This document shows, one piece after another, positions 10,544 through 22,369 of a DNA stretch of 64,000 nt; position 1 is the stretch's first letter, and every line of letters begins with the position of its first letter. Source of the stretch: Schizochytrium sp. TIO01 (lineage: Eukaryota > Protista > Bigyra: Labyrinthulomycetes); assembly GCA_004764695.1 (NCBI GenBank), contig SMSO01000025.1, positions 186,001 to 250,000 on the forward strand, given 5' to 3'. The notes beneath the pieces were generated by a model. It saw only the letters and a program-made list of their open reading frames with translations. It was not told where the DNA came from and did no database searches. A program made the position numbers and the translations under genes.

Positions 10544-12322
10544 ATCGAAGGTCGTCTGAGTGGATCTTATTGTGTGTGGAGTATCCGAGAGTTTATTTAT
10601 TTGCTCTGTCTGAAGTTCATTGCTTCTTCTCTCACTTTTTTCTCTTCATTCCCTTCATAGTGAGTAAATAACTTTTCAATCAAAAATTATACTACCTTCT
10701 ATATACTACCGCTCAAATAAACCTTTCCAAAACTTACATTTCCCGCGGTCACGTGGGGCTGAGGCCCAATCGCGGGTTGTAAGGATACATCGCGACTCAG
10801 TAACATTTAAAAATCATGTCCTTGGAGTAGCGCAAGGTGATGCCTCTAGTGGCGTGGAAATCACGATCAGCTAAGTCTTTGCACTTGGAAAACCTTAGAT
10901 GTTCCGAGCTTATGGTGGATGGCACCACAGTCCTTGCATGTTTTTGAAGTGTAATCTCTCAGCAAATAACACATTTACATCACTGGCTGGGGGAAAGCTC
11001 GGCTTTGTGACTGAGCGCTTGACAGAAGCTGAAATGACCCCGACGACATCATTCGAACTGTCTTGCTTTGATCCATCTTGTGAACTCGTTGATCGTCGGG
11101 AGGTTTCCAATTTAGGCAAAACAATACTGCGATAGTATTTCCAGATTCAAAGTGCAAGCTTGTAGTGAGTCTCGGTAGTCTTGTTCTTGATCTCGAGTAG
11201 TGTGTGGAGGTATGCGCGTCTTCAGGCAGTTTTACCTTTTTACTTTTCGAGCCAGTCTTCTTTACATGCACTCAACATCGCCACTTGCATATATGTGGTT
11301 GCCTCCGGGGGCGCGCCCGAATGACACTTGCTGAGACGCTAAGCTTCTGGTTGAAGTACTTTGCTGGCTTGTTTAGAAGGACTGCTTCACTTGTAGTCTT
11401 CAGAAGTTGGTGGTTCCTTAGCCATGCCATTTTCTTACCTCCCCTTCACTTCTTTACAAAGACCTAAATGATATATCATTTAATTAGTTGAAACAGACAC
11501 TAAGTACCCATGTATCTGAAGCGCCTGAAGTACGAGCAATTATTAAATAATATGAAAGGGGCGCCTTAATGTGAATCACTTTTATTTTAAAATGTGTAGC
11601 TAGTACTTGCTTACTATTCTCATAGTATTAAAGGAACAGATTTAGCCACTCTCTGACTTTGAGACAAGCACCTCAGTCAACCATAACACATTAAATCCCA
11701 ATTCGTCCATAAACTAAGAGTACTCTACATGGTTCTCAAACGAAGTTATATGTAATTGGACGACGTTCACGAAGTTTTGTAGGGGTTATCGAACACATCG
11801 CGAACTCATGTTTGTATGGGACTGTTTATTAATTGTGCTAGTTTTTGGTTTGTTCTTTTACCGTGAAAGTGACAGAAATAAAGGTACGTGAATGATGGCG
11901 AGATCCCTTTCTCCTATCATAAATCATTTTCACTCTATCTATTTATCTATCCAAATAACATTGAAAAACTAAATTAAAAAATCCTAAGTTAAAACAAGAG
12001 AAAAGTTGTAGGTAAGTAACTAGAATAAGTACCTACTTTCGGGAGAAGAAGAAATAAGAAAAAATCTGCTACACGATAGCACTCACAACTTTGAAAGGCC
12101 AACCTTAAAGCATTTGTTCTAATTCTACAGCGAATTGTAGAGTCTAGGATATTGTTTAGAGGAGAAGCGATACTCATTTGACAGTGGGATACATCAATGA
12201 GAAAATGGTTCCTGTCAAACTGAATTGATTTCTTTTCATCGAGCGAGGGTTTCGTTTGCTGATACTGAACTTGAATTCCAATCTCTCGGAAGATATGTTT
12301 ATTTAAAAGCATACACACTTAA

Positions 12323-12930
12323 CTATCTCCAGTAAATAATTATGCAATAGTAATAACACGAAGGAAGGTTTGTTTTACCAGTTGATGATACACCTATGGG
12401 TTTACGATTGATTTGAATTTCGAGAGGTCCTGGTATATTGATGCCCTGGATCAAATGGTTTGTTTGAGCAACAGGTATTGGTTGAAAAAGCTCTTTGGTG
12501 GATTTATTCTGCCAGTCTATCATAGAGCATGGTTCGCAGAAGTCGAACCACGCAGTGGACGAATCGAAGCGCCGAGTATAGCTTCCATGCAATCCTATCG
12601 CGGCGCAAGAAATGGGTTGAGAACAACGACAACACTTATCAGGATTGGAGATGATCTCATGAGATTGCCATGATGTTAGACTTGCTGGTGGAAGACGCAA
12701 TGGATAAGGGAACGATTGCATCGCTTTCATGAAGTGGAAAACCGCATCCGAGTGCGGAAACACAGTACTCGAATAAAGAGGCTTCATCGTTTCAGCAATG
12801 AGTGGGGATGCATTGTAAAGTCTGGAGATGTCTTGATCTGTCAGGAAAGGAATGATTGGTTCTAGCAGCACCTCAGAGAAGTAGCACCTGCGTTGGGAAT
12901 TGGGCGTTTCGTAAGTTATGTCTCGAGATA
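12323..12930 (-). pseudogene. Inverted N-terminal fragment of the F-box-like family (copy 2a)
   Basis: Minus-strand translation SRDITYETPNSQRRCYFSEVLLEPIIPFLTDQDISRLYNASPLIAETMKPLYS...CCRC...FCEPC. Homology ends abruptly near 12360 and there is no native start. Confidence 0.85.
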
Positions 12931-12934
12931 GTGC

Positions 12935-13609
12935 GGTACTCTGGATATGACATTTCTGGATACGATGCAGGAAGTATTAAAACTAGCAAAGTGGGAGGAT
13001 CAATCAGCCATACTACCAGTCTGGCTTTCTCCAAAGCTTTTGGAGTTGTTCTTGCAGAAACTCTCCACAGATCCAGATCAAGCAACCAATGATCTCGTAA
13101 ACGAGGAACGCGCCTGGGCAGAATCACAAACAACGTGTAATACATCGAGCGTGATTGATCCACGCTTTAATCTGGTTCGACCGTCAGATGTCCGGAGGTG
13201 GTTTCAAGCTCAAGAAGGAATTCGCGAATGCTTCCTCAATAAAGTACGCCGTGAACGACGTTGGTGGGAATCCGATGAGCCATCCGCTCGCAAGGGGCTA
13301 CCTGAAAATTGTATTAAACGGATTCAAAAGATAGCAGAAACACACTGGCGTGGATACTTTGAAGCGTTTGAGCAACTTCAGTTGGAATGTGATGCGGTTT
13401 TTGTCATTGACTGGGTGCAATTGATGTCGTCGAAGGATTGGATGGCCCAGTCTTTGACACCTGATATTCATCAGCTTATTCAAGATGGATATTTTGACTT
13501 GGCTGCTCGCCGACTTGGGTTTTACCTCCGTAGCTCATACCTTCGAGCTAGGAAGACAGACTGGTGGTATATTGTTTTGGATGAGGATTCTTTAGAATAT
13601 ATCTATTAA
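12935..13609 (+). pseudogene. C-terminal fragment of the F-box-like family (copy 2b)
   Basis: FLDTMQEVLKLAKWEDQS...WLSPKLL...IDPRFN...HWRGYFEA...DGYFDLAARRLGFY corresponds to only the last ~220 aa of the family. It abuts the inverted N-terminal fragment. Confidence 0.85.
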
Positions 13610-14317
13610 TTTCTTTTGTGGTCAAGCATGTGTTAAAATTAGCTCCTGTATTAAACTTCTCTACTTCCACAGTAATTAATATAATCATATTATGTATATG
13701 TATATATATTTATAAAAATGTAAATTATCATATGATAATGAATAACTCGGGGTGCGGGCGGTTGAAAATCAATAAAGTTGAATATAACAAATACAAAACT
13801 AGTCGTCGAAGTTCGGGTGTGCAAATAAGGATGGCAGTGTACCGATTCACTTTCTTCTACTGTTACAAAGGCACTGGAAACCATAAGATTTACAAGGTAC
13901 TGGTACTCCATACAGAAATTAACTGGCTTTACATTTTTCCACTTCCATTGGTACGGAATCAAAAACTACTCTCGTTCCTTTATATTTTCTTCTTTTTCTT
14001 TCCCCCTTTTGTTTTATCTCTTAAACTGTGCACGTTCTCTTCCAATAGTAGCTTAGCTGCCAAATTGGTAGTGCTACCGAAGTAGAAGAAAACCTTTCGT
14101 TTGAGCGCTCGCAACTTTAAAAAGGTACCTACCTACCTAATAGTACTATAAAGGTAATCTAGTGTAAGATTCTTTTACTTCAACACCGAAATTAAAAGAA
14201 CAGCATGATATAAACCATATGATAGTGGTGTGCTAGGCTTATGCCCATGATATCAATCAAACTTGAAAGAAACTGTTTATTAGGAGCATAATTGGCTATG
14301 TTTCTCTTCTTTATGGA

Positions 14318-14360
14318 AGAGGAGGGTCAAGTCGTAACAAGCTTTCCATCGGTGAGGATC
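14318..14360 (+). other. Short degenerate 18S rRNA 3'-end-like fragment
   Basis: AGAGGAGGGTCAAGTCGTAACAAGCTTTCCATCGGTGA matches the recalled eukaryotic 18S terminus AGAGGAAGGTGAAGTCGTAACAAGGTTTCCGTAGGTGA at 33/38, then GGATC after a 10-nt gap. Not a functional rRNA gene. Confidence 0.55.
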
Positions 14361-14884
14361 GTTAGCACAAATTCTACTTTATTATTGGGTTAAGTTCATG
14401 GCTCTTTTAAAATTTTAAAAATAAATTAATCTTAATCTTTTCGTCTTTCAAGCTTTTCTTTAAAACAATAGATAAATGAGATCAATAAAATGCACACTGC
14501 TAGCAACAACTTGACCTTTGAGCAAGCTGAGTACAGATCTTCAAGTTGGCGCAGGGGGTTGCAGAGGGTGCGATATAGGTAACGCTGACAGGTCGGCTAC
14601 GTCGTCATAAACGTAGCTCCTGTAGAACTGAATAGACGTATGGAGCGAGGGCTGTTTTCGCCCTGCTTGATTGCGTTCCGCCTGGGGAGGTAGGTAGTAG
14701 GTATCATCTACTATCTCATAGTCAAAGAGAGCTCTTTGTGCAGGCAGACCTGACGATCTACATCGCAAATACGAAAGTCGAATAGCGAGCGGTCCAAGCA
14801 GCCACAGTGAACTTCTCGAGGCCTCGTGGGAGACGCAGGGATTGACGGAAGGAGAGCCTGGCGGAAAGTCTGACTTGGATAAGT

Positions 14885-17668
14885 ATGGCGAAACGCAGAC
14901 CCGAAAGCACCACGCAGCACATGCTACCGGCGAGAGCGGTCAGCAAGAAGGAACCAGACGGTGGCTCAAAGAGGCAGAAAGTCCGAGATGGCCAGAACAT
15001 AGTGTCTGAAAGGCCCAGTTCGCCAAACATCGTCTTTTCGGTGATGATGCTGGAGTTACTGATTCCCTTTCTCATAGATAGAGACATATTGAAACTTCGC
15101 AAGGTGTCACCAGTCATTGCTGAGACAATGAAATCACTTTACTCGACTACTATTTTCCTGCACTCAGAAAAGGTTTTTGAATTTATGAAATTGATACAAA
15201 AGTTCTACTCGTGTCCTCTACGTCTTCCACCGCCAGGCCTAACACCGTGGAAATTTCACGAAATCATCACATACCCTGAGAAGTGTTGTCGCTGCTCACA
15301 GCCCACTCTTAAAGAGTCTCGCTCTACGTCTAGAGAATCTGGTTTTTTTAATTTCTGCACTATGTGCTCTATGAAAGACTGGAACCTTATATCTGCTGCA
15401 GAGGTTTTTCAACCCATGGAGACTACTCGTGCACATGGATTGCTCCAGGGTTTCAAGGTGCCAGAACCTCTCCGTATTCGAATCAATCGTGAATCCATGG
15501 GTATATCAAAAGCCGGGAAAATAAAGTTGTCATCAGGGAAGGCAGCCTACTTTAAATTTGGTATCGACTGGATTCTTCGTGATAACCCAAGCCTTGCTGA
15601 TAATGCAAAAGAAAGAAGTGAAGCCGTCTCGACTTACTCTTTCACGGACTCTGTTTCGCCACAGGCCAGGGCATCCCTCAAGTCAGTACTCTCGCTCGCA
15701 GAGCTGCCAGCGTGGGTTGACAATCATTTTCTGATGGAGCAACTTTCAATGAAGAAGCTTAAAGTAGGCAAAGATGCAGATTTTATCCGGGAAGCCTTCA
15801 ACGCATCCTCTGCTTTATATGCTTGGGTGCAGACGGCTCTTGCAAACTTGCACAAGCAGACCGAGAAATTCGTCGATGTGAAAACTTTATTAGACGCTTC
15901 AATGGGCAAAAATCTACAACAGCTGAAGGACAACTTTGTAGCCAAAGCACTTTGCTATAGCAATATACTATTTGCGCTTGAGAAATGGGGAGAACCACTT
16001 AATTCAGAGCTTTTGTACGATCTTGAGAATCGCCACCTACAGAATATACCTGATGTTATTTTTCAAAAGCTTCCAGATATGGACACTCGTGCTGTATGGC
16101 TTCGCCAGCATGCTGCAGAGCTGGATATGCCGTCTGACCTCCTCAACTACTTCTCAAGGACGGCTGCTTCTGATATCATGTCCCATGAACTTTGTTTGGC
16201 TGATGCTTCATGGCGATGGAAAGGCCTGTCAGAGCTTCTTGGTGAGGAGGAGCGAAAATCAGCGATGAAGCATTATCCAACTCAACGTTGGATCTTTGGT
16301 TTGAATCCACATAGCCAGAAGCGTCATCAAGTTGCGATGGTGCTTAGGCGAGAAATGGCTCTTGTTAAAGAACTTGCTGAATTTGACGAGCTTGCTTACA
16401 TGAAATTTGAGACAAGGAAAGAGGCTGAGGCAGCTCTAGAAAATGCACGATGCCAACGAAAAATTGGTGATGCGAAATCAAAGCTGCTTGACGAATTACC
16501 ACCTGAAGTTCGTATAATTATGAATAGAGTGTATTTCGGTTCGCAGAGTCCTTTTGCTCGCCAGACCTATATGATGACATTTAAGGAATCTTCGTCCGTA
16601 ACACTTGCAAAGGCTATTATCAATACTGCAAGGCGAGACTATGAGCAATTTCGAGCGTTACTACAATCTCTTACCAAATCAGATAGTCTGGTTGCCGAAT
16701 CGTTGGTTAAAAATACTTTACTAGGAGGAAACTTTTACAAACCAACAATGGAATCCGTGTTAAAGAGTGTAGAGGATTACTTAAAGTCTCAAAAATACTC
16801 TTGGTGTTCGTCTCCTGAGATCATGCAAGCAATCATTCAAGATGTCTACCCCGACGAGTATCAACGTTTTGTGAATAGATATAGGATAAGCTCTTCATGC
16901 AAGGCGCTGAACTGCAATCTAACCAGCATTAGTACTCTTTTGCAAAACCAACCAGAATTTATACAGAGCCGAATTAGACGTGCCGCGTACTATGCCTTAT
17001 ATCAGTACTTTGAGAGGCCTTCTCAAATCTCTTGGGATTTCATGAGTGAGGTAATAAAGGTAGCCCAGTGGGAGAACAAATCTCTCCCACGGCCAGATTG
17101 GGTTTCTCCGAAACTTTTGGCAACCCTTTCGAGGAAAGTATGTGATGCGCCACAATATGCGGCTTGTTTTCTTGCGAATGAGCAAAACGCATATACGGAA
17201 TTAAAAGCAGCAGGTAAGGAAGTTGGCATGATAGACGCACGCTTCAATGTAGTACTTCCCACCGATGCCCAGAAATGGTTCAAAGCTCATGATCATGCTC
17301 GTTCTAAATTTCTCTCTCAGTTGCGCGCTGAAGAACGTAAGTGGAAATACTCCAGGCGATCTGTTCGCAATGGTCTGCCTCCAAGTTGCATTCAACGTCT
17401 TAAAACGTTAGGTGAAATGCATTGGCGCGGATACTTTGAAGCAATCGATCAACTAGAGTTGGAATCCAAAGCGGTTTCAATCATGGGCTGGGTAGAGCGT
17501 GAGTCAAAGGAATGCAAGAGTCGGTCTATGACGCCCGACATTCAAAATCTTATCGCCGATGGGTATTTTGACCTCGCTGCTCGTCGACTTGGGTTTTATG
17601 TTCCTAGTTCATCGCATATAGCGAAAACGAAAAACTGGGATGACTCATACTATAGGGGTATTCACTGA
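14885..17668 (+). CDS. F-box-like / C4 zinc-finger family protein, copy 3 (927 aa, intact)
   Basis: ATG-to-stop ORF. LELLIPFLIDRDILKLRKVSPVIAETM (F-box-like), LRLPPPGLTPW, CCRC..FCTMC, YFKFGIDWILRDNP, HWRGYFEA, DGYFDLAARRLGFY. Confidence 0.85.
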   Translation: MAKRRPESTTQHMLPARAVSKKEPDGGSKRQKVRDGQNIVSERPSSPNIVFSVMMLELLIPFLIDRDILKLRKVSPVIAETMKSLYSTTIFLHSEKVFEFMKLIQKFYSCPLRLPPPGLTPWKFHEIITYPEKCCRCSQPTLKESRSTSRESGFFNFCTMCSMKDWNLISAAEVFQPMETTRAHGLLQGFKVPEPLRIRINRESMGISKAGKIKLSSGKAAYFKFGIDWILRDNPSLADNAKERSEAVSTYSFTDSVSPQARASLKSVLSLAELPAWVDNHFLMEQLSMKKLKVGKDADFIREAFNASSALYAWVQTALANLHKQTEKFVDVKTLLDASMGKNLQQLKDNFVAKALCYSNILFALEKWGEPLNSELLYDLENRHLQNIPDVIFQKLPDMDTRAVWLRQHAAELDMPSDLLNYFSRTAASDIMSHELCLADASWRWKGLSELLGEEERKSAMKHYPTQRWIFGLNPHSQKRHQVAMVLRREMALVKELAEFDELAYMKFETRKEAEAALENARCQRKIGDAKSKLLDELPPEVRIIMNRVYFGSQSPFARQTYMMTFKESSSVTLAKAIINTARRDYEQFRALLQSLTKSDSLVAESLVKNTLLGGNFYKPTMESVLKSVEDYLKSQKYSWCSSPEIMQAIIQDVYPDEYQRFVNRYRISSSCKALNCNLTSISTLLQNQPEFIQSRIRRAAYYALYQYFERPSQISWDFMSEVIKVAQWENKSLPRPDWVSPKLLATLSRKVCDAPQYAACFLANEQNAYTELKAAGKEVGMIDARFNVVLPTDAQKWFKAHDHARSKFLSQLRAEERKWKYSRRSVRNGLPPSCIQRLKTLGEMHWRGYFEAIDQLELESKAVSIMGWVERESKECKSRSMTPDIQNLIADGYFDLAARRLGFYVPSSSHIAKTKNWDDSYYRGIH

Positions 17669-17995
17669 ATTCTCCAGCATGTGTTCAAAGTATCACCTTG
17701 ATTCATGTCTGTTGATAATAATTTTAAAATATTACTGCCCCAAACCGGATTTGATTTTTCTTTGTACTTAAAAAAAATTAGAAATCAACCTAGTCAGGAT
17801 TCGAAAAATAGGACAACAGTTCTGTTTTATATCGTAAGCTACTATTGCAGATTAGCCTATGCTGTGAAGCGTGGAGAGGTAGTCTGACAAGGATGACGAA
17901 CTCAGGAGAAAGAGAAAGAGAAAGAGGATGATATATTAATTATCGGGGTTTCGGGTCTGCATACAGGTAGGGCTTAATGTGACAGGAGAGCTTGA

Positions 17996-18029
17996 TTAGG
18001 TTAGGTTAGGTTAGGTTAGGTTAGGTTAG
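17996..18029 (+). repeat. Interstitial telomere-like (TTAGG)6+ tract
   Basis: TTAGG x6 followed by TTAG, read directly. Confidence 0.85.
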
Positions 18030-18713
18030 ACAGTAGCTGTATATTACTTCAATAGCTACATACGTAAGGTCAGCAGGATTTGTTAAGACCAAGCTTAATT
18101 TCACCGTCATCATGCTCAATTATCATCATCTCTAGGTCTGCATCGGTGAGGATCCTATCCACATCATGTGCCTGCTGCTTTCCTTCTGTAATTTAATCTT
18201 GCTGATACAAAGTAACCGACCTGCTCGTGCACCTTTCGTTTAGGATCTCAGTGAAGACCGCATTCTCTCGTGAATCATACTGGAATCATGATGCTAGGTG
18301 CTTATGGTCTTTCTATTAGAAAAACGGTGCTTAGAGATAAGACATTTGGCTGAAGTCTTTTAACTGTCCTCAACGCTATTTCAAAACAATTCAACACAGT
18401 CTATTTAATTTAATCATTCACTCACGATTATATCACAGCTGTTGTAATTCAGATTGAGGTTACGTAGATTTTGTTTCGTATTCTCGTAGTTGGGCTGGTT
18501 GGTACATTGTTCGAAATAAAAAGCTCAAGTAGGCCTGCGTTCAATTCTTTCCTCTGAGCTAAAATCTAAACAAAAAGCAAAGCGCATCTGGATCGAGAAT
18601 TCGAGTTTCACTTTCAGTGTAGTAATAGTGTAGCACGAATAATCCATCGCCTCAGGTTCTGATTTGATAGAATATGAGAAAGCTTCAGACTCAATGAAAC
18701 AGTGATTCTAAGT

Positions 18714-18784
18714 GCGTTAGTGGTTTAGTGGTAAAATAGCTGTTTGCCATGCGGCTGCCCCGGGTTCGATTCCCGGCTGACGCT
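18714..18784 (+). tRNA. tRNA-Gly (GCC)
   Basis: Identical to 7030-7100 except C4>T (G-U pair in the acceptor stem). Followed by TCTTTTT. Confidence 0.95.
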
Positions 18785-19508
18785 TCTTTTTGTTCCTTTT
18801 TGTTTTTTATATAAAACATAAAAGTAAACTTTTTTCTCGTTATTTTAGTTATATACATGAATAAATCAATATTAATAATAACAAGTTTTTATTTATTAAT
18901 ATTGATATTTTAATTAAAATAGAGAGCGAAAGAGAGAAGATTTGTTTTTCTCCTTAAGTAATTTGTTAAAATTAGAAACATTGAAAACAGCTGAATTAGA
19001 TTGCTGAGCACTTTCTTCCCAATTATGAATGTCAACCTACAAAGAAGCCAAGCAAAGCACTCGTAACATCCCTCACAGCTTTTCAAAACTTTAAAACAAG
19101 CCTTCATATACATTCTGCGAAGCTTTGTGTTCGCTCATTTCACAAACACTTCGTTCGTTTCCTTTGAAAGCAGATACCTAAGTAGGTAAATATTTAAACA
19201 GAACGTTCCCTTAAGAAAGGGTCTATCAAGAATTGAGAGGGTTCTTAAAACGTTCGCGGCACTTATCATTGACGTTCCGCGGTTCTGACCCTCAGAAAAT
19301 ACCCGCAATCTATGGCTGATAGAAGGATAGAACCTAGTACGTCCTTAAAATCAGGCGGCTTCACATCAAGAAGCACATTGCAATACAAAACTTGAATAGC
19401 GACTGCTCAAGATCGCCAAAAGGAGTACCCAAATTCGAAAAACCGTGGAGTTATCGGCAGACAGGCGCACAACTTAGAGAAACACGGCACAACAGCACAT
19501 CGCAAAAT

Positions 19509-22369
19509 ATGTCAACAGCGAGAGTGGAAATGAAGAAAGACGCAGATACCAGTCTGAAGACGAAGGATGTGCAAAAAGTCACATCTACACCAAAAACCAC
19601 TCAGCAAGTTGGGAAAAGTAGTCTCAACGAGAATACCTCACAATCTCAAGACATCGTTCCTAAAACGCCCAATTCGAAAAGAAGATACTACTTCTCTGAG
19701 GTACTGCTAGAACTACTGATTCCCTTCCTGACGGATGAAGACATCTCCAGCCTCTACAAGGCATCATCACTCATTTCTGAAACAATGAAGCCTCTTTATT
19801 CACGTGTTGTGTTTCTGCACTCAGAAGCGATTTCTGAATTTGTGAAGTTTATACAAAAGTCCTGTGCGTGTCCGCTGCGGCTTCCACCACCAGGCCTTAC
19901 CCCATGGCAGCTTCACGAGATCCTGTCCAATCCTGATAATTGTTGCCGTTGTTTTCAGCCGCTTGTGTATCAGCCTACTATAGAGCTCCACTATTCCGAA
20001 AGGTGTTGCGATTCATTCGACTTATGCGACGCGTGCTCTGCAATACAATTGACCAATATGCCTACTACAACAGAATGCTTTTGGCCCATAGAAATTAACA
20101 AAGCAAAGCGTTTGTTCAAAGACCAAAAAGGGCTAGACCTTTTCGAAATCATCGTGAACCGTATACCCATAGGCATATCAAAAGCGGGCAATCGTAAATT
20201 TACGAAAGGAGTGAAAGCGTATTTTAAATTTGGTGTCGACTGGATCCTTCGTGACAGCCCGAGCGCTGCTAAAACCCTTAAAAGTGCGTTGCCTTGTCCT
20301 CCCAAGAACTCTGCTGCTGCAGCTATGCTACAGGTCAAGGCATCACTCAAGTCTGTACTCTCACTTACCGAACTACCTGTGTGGATTGACAACCATTTTC
20401 TCATCGAGCTGGTTCGGAACAAAAAGCTTGAAGTGCACAAAGATGAAGATTTCATTCTTCAGGTATTCAACAAATCCTCTACTCTTTATGATTGGATGAA
20501 GACGGCTCTTGCAGGATTGCACAGACAAACTGAGGAATTTGTCGATGTGAAAACCTTATTGAACGCTGCAATGCGCAAGAATCTAGAACAGGTGAAGGGA
20601 AAGTTTTTTTCGAAAGCCCAACACTGCAGTGGTCTCCTGCACGCTCTCGAAAGTTGGGGAGAGCCGCCTACGCGAAAGTTCCTGCGAGATTTTGATGATT
20701 CTCAGCCAGAGGATATACCTGACGTAATTTTTCGGGGTCTCCCAGATATCAGTACCCGTGCTATATGGCTTCAAGAACATGCTGCAAAGCTTGATATACC
20801 ATCTGAACTTCTGGACTATTTCTCAAAAACGGCCGATGTTGACTTGATGCATCGTAACCTCTGCCTGAGAGATGCCGCGTGGCGATGGAAAGGCATAGCA
20901 AAGATTCTGAAGAAGGATGAACGCACGTTCGCGTTGAAAGATTACCAAACACAAGGCTGGGTTTTTGGCCTCTACGCAACTACTCAGTCGTGTACGTATG
21001 CTGCGGAAACCCTCAAGATTAGGATGGAATTGTATAAAATATTGCAGGAGTTTGACGAGCTTTCTGAAAAATCGTCTGATACTTGGGAAAAATTGAGAAA
21101 AGCGATGAAAAATGCACTCTACAAACCAAGTCTCAATGACAATAGAGTAACGTTGCTTGAAAACGGAACGCATCACCTAGAGTTCAGGAATTTATGGTCA
21201 AGGTTAAAAAAGACCACACCAGTACCAGGTTCTCCAAAACCTAATATATATTCAGTTAGGAGGAAATATAGAGGTTACTACCGCTACCCGACGCTGGTAT
21301 TCAAGGATGTCGACAATTGCAAAGATTTCTGCAATCTCTACTTAGACAAGACCGTTCTCTCGCTGACAACCCGGTTGAGTATATCATGCATTACGATAAC
21401 TATCGTTCGCAGACAGTGAATGCATTTGTTGATGACTTACATCAATATTTATAGAAGCAAGGATGCCCTGACAGTTCTCTCCCTGATGTATTAGGGCCAT
21501 AGTCCGCGAGATCTACCCCGATGAGTTTCAACGTTTCCATGTGCATTCGACGATCCCGAGCGTATGCATTCGTCTGGAGACCCGTTTAGAAGGTATTAGA
21601 GCCTCTTCATGAAATTAATCAGACTCTGCGAGGAGTCTAATTCAACGCGTAGCTTATAAACTTCGGGAAAAGAAAATCTCCTCTGGTTATGTTGGAGGTA
21701 CAAATGGCAGAACATTCTTGAACGCCTTTCTTGAGGGGCTAAAAGTTATTGTGTAGAGGGACCAGACGGCCCCACGACCAGTCTGGGTTTCTTCGAAGCT
21801 TCTGGCATTCTTCTTGGAACAACTATGCCAAGATCCAGACGAGGCCCTTACGGACTATTGCTCAAGAGAGAACGGTATATATGCAATTAGAAGAATCAGG
21901 TAAAAGAATGAGCATGATTGACGCACGGTTTCAAGTGATTCGCGCAACAGATGCTCAGAGATGGTTTTAAGCTCATTAAAAAAACCATGACATGTTTTTG
22001 TCCAAAGTGAGTATTGAAGAAAGAAAACGGGAGTCGTCTAGTCCAGCCAACTTCGAAGTACTACCAGAAAAATGTATTAAACGCCTTCAGCAGATCGCCA
22101 AAGCACATTGCCGTGGAATCTTCGAAGCGTTAGATGAACTCAGAGTAGAGCGTGAAGTACGTTTAGCCATAGACAGCTACCTACAACTGGAATTGGCAAA
22201 TGGCAAAATCCAATCTCTAACGCCTGACATCTTTAAACGCATTGCCAATCGTAAATGTGTACTTGCTCCTCACAAACTTGGATTTTACTTTCCCAATTTA
22301 AATACTATAATGAGGCAGAAAGACCAGAAGAGCTTTTACTTAAAAAGATATGCATACGAGACGACGTAG
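19509..22369 (+). pseudogene. F-box-like family copy 4, disrupted (open 19509-21419; frameshifts and stops in the C-terminal third)
   Basis: Family homology stays in frame to ~21170, then continues in shifted frames (21749-21970 MSMIDARFQV; 21992-22369 LPEKCIKRLQ..HCRGIFEAL..LGFYFP) with stops such as TAA at 21968. Confidence 0.85.
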
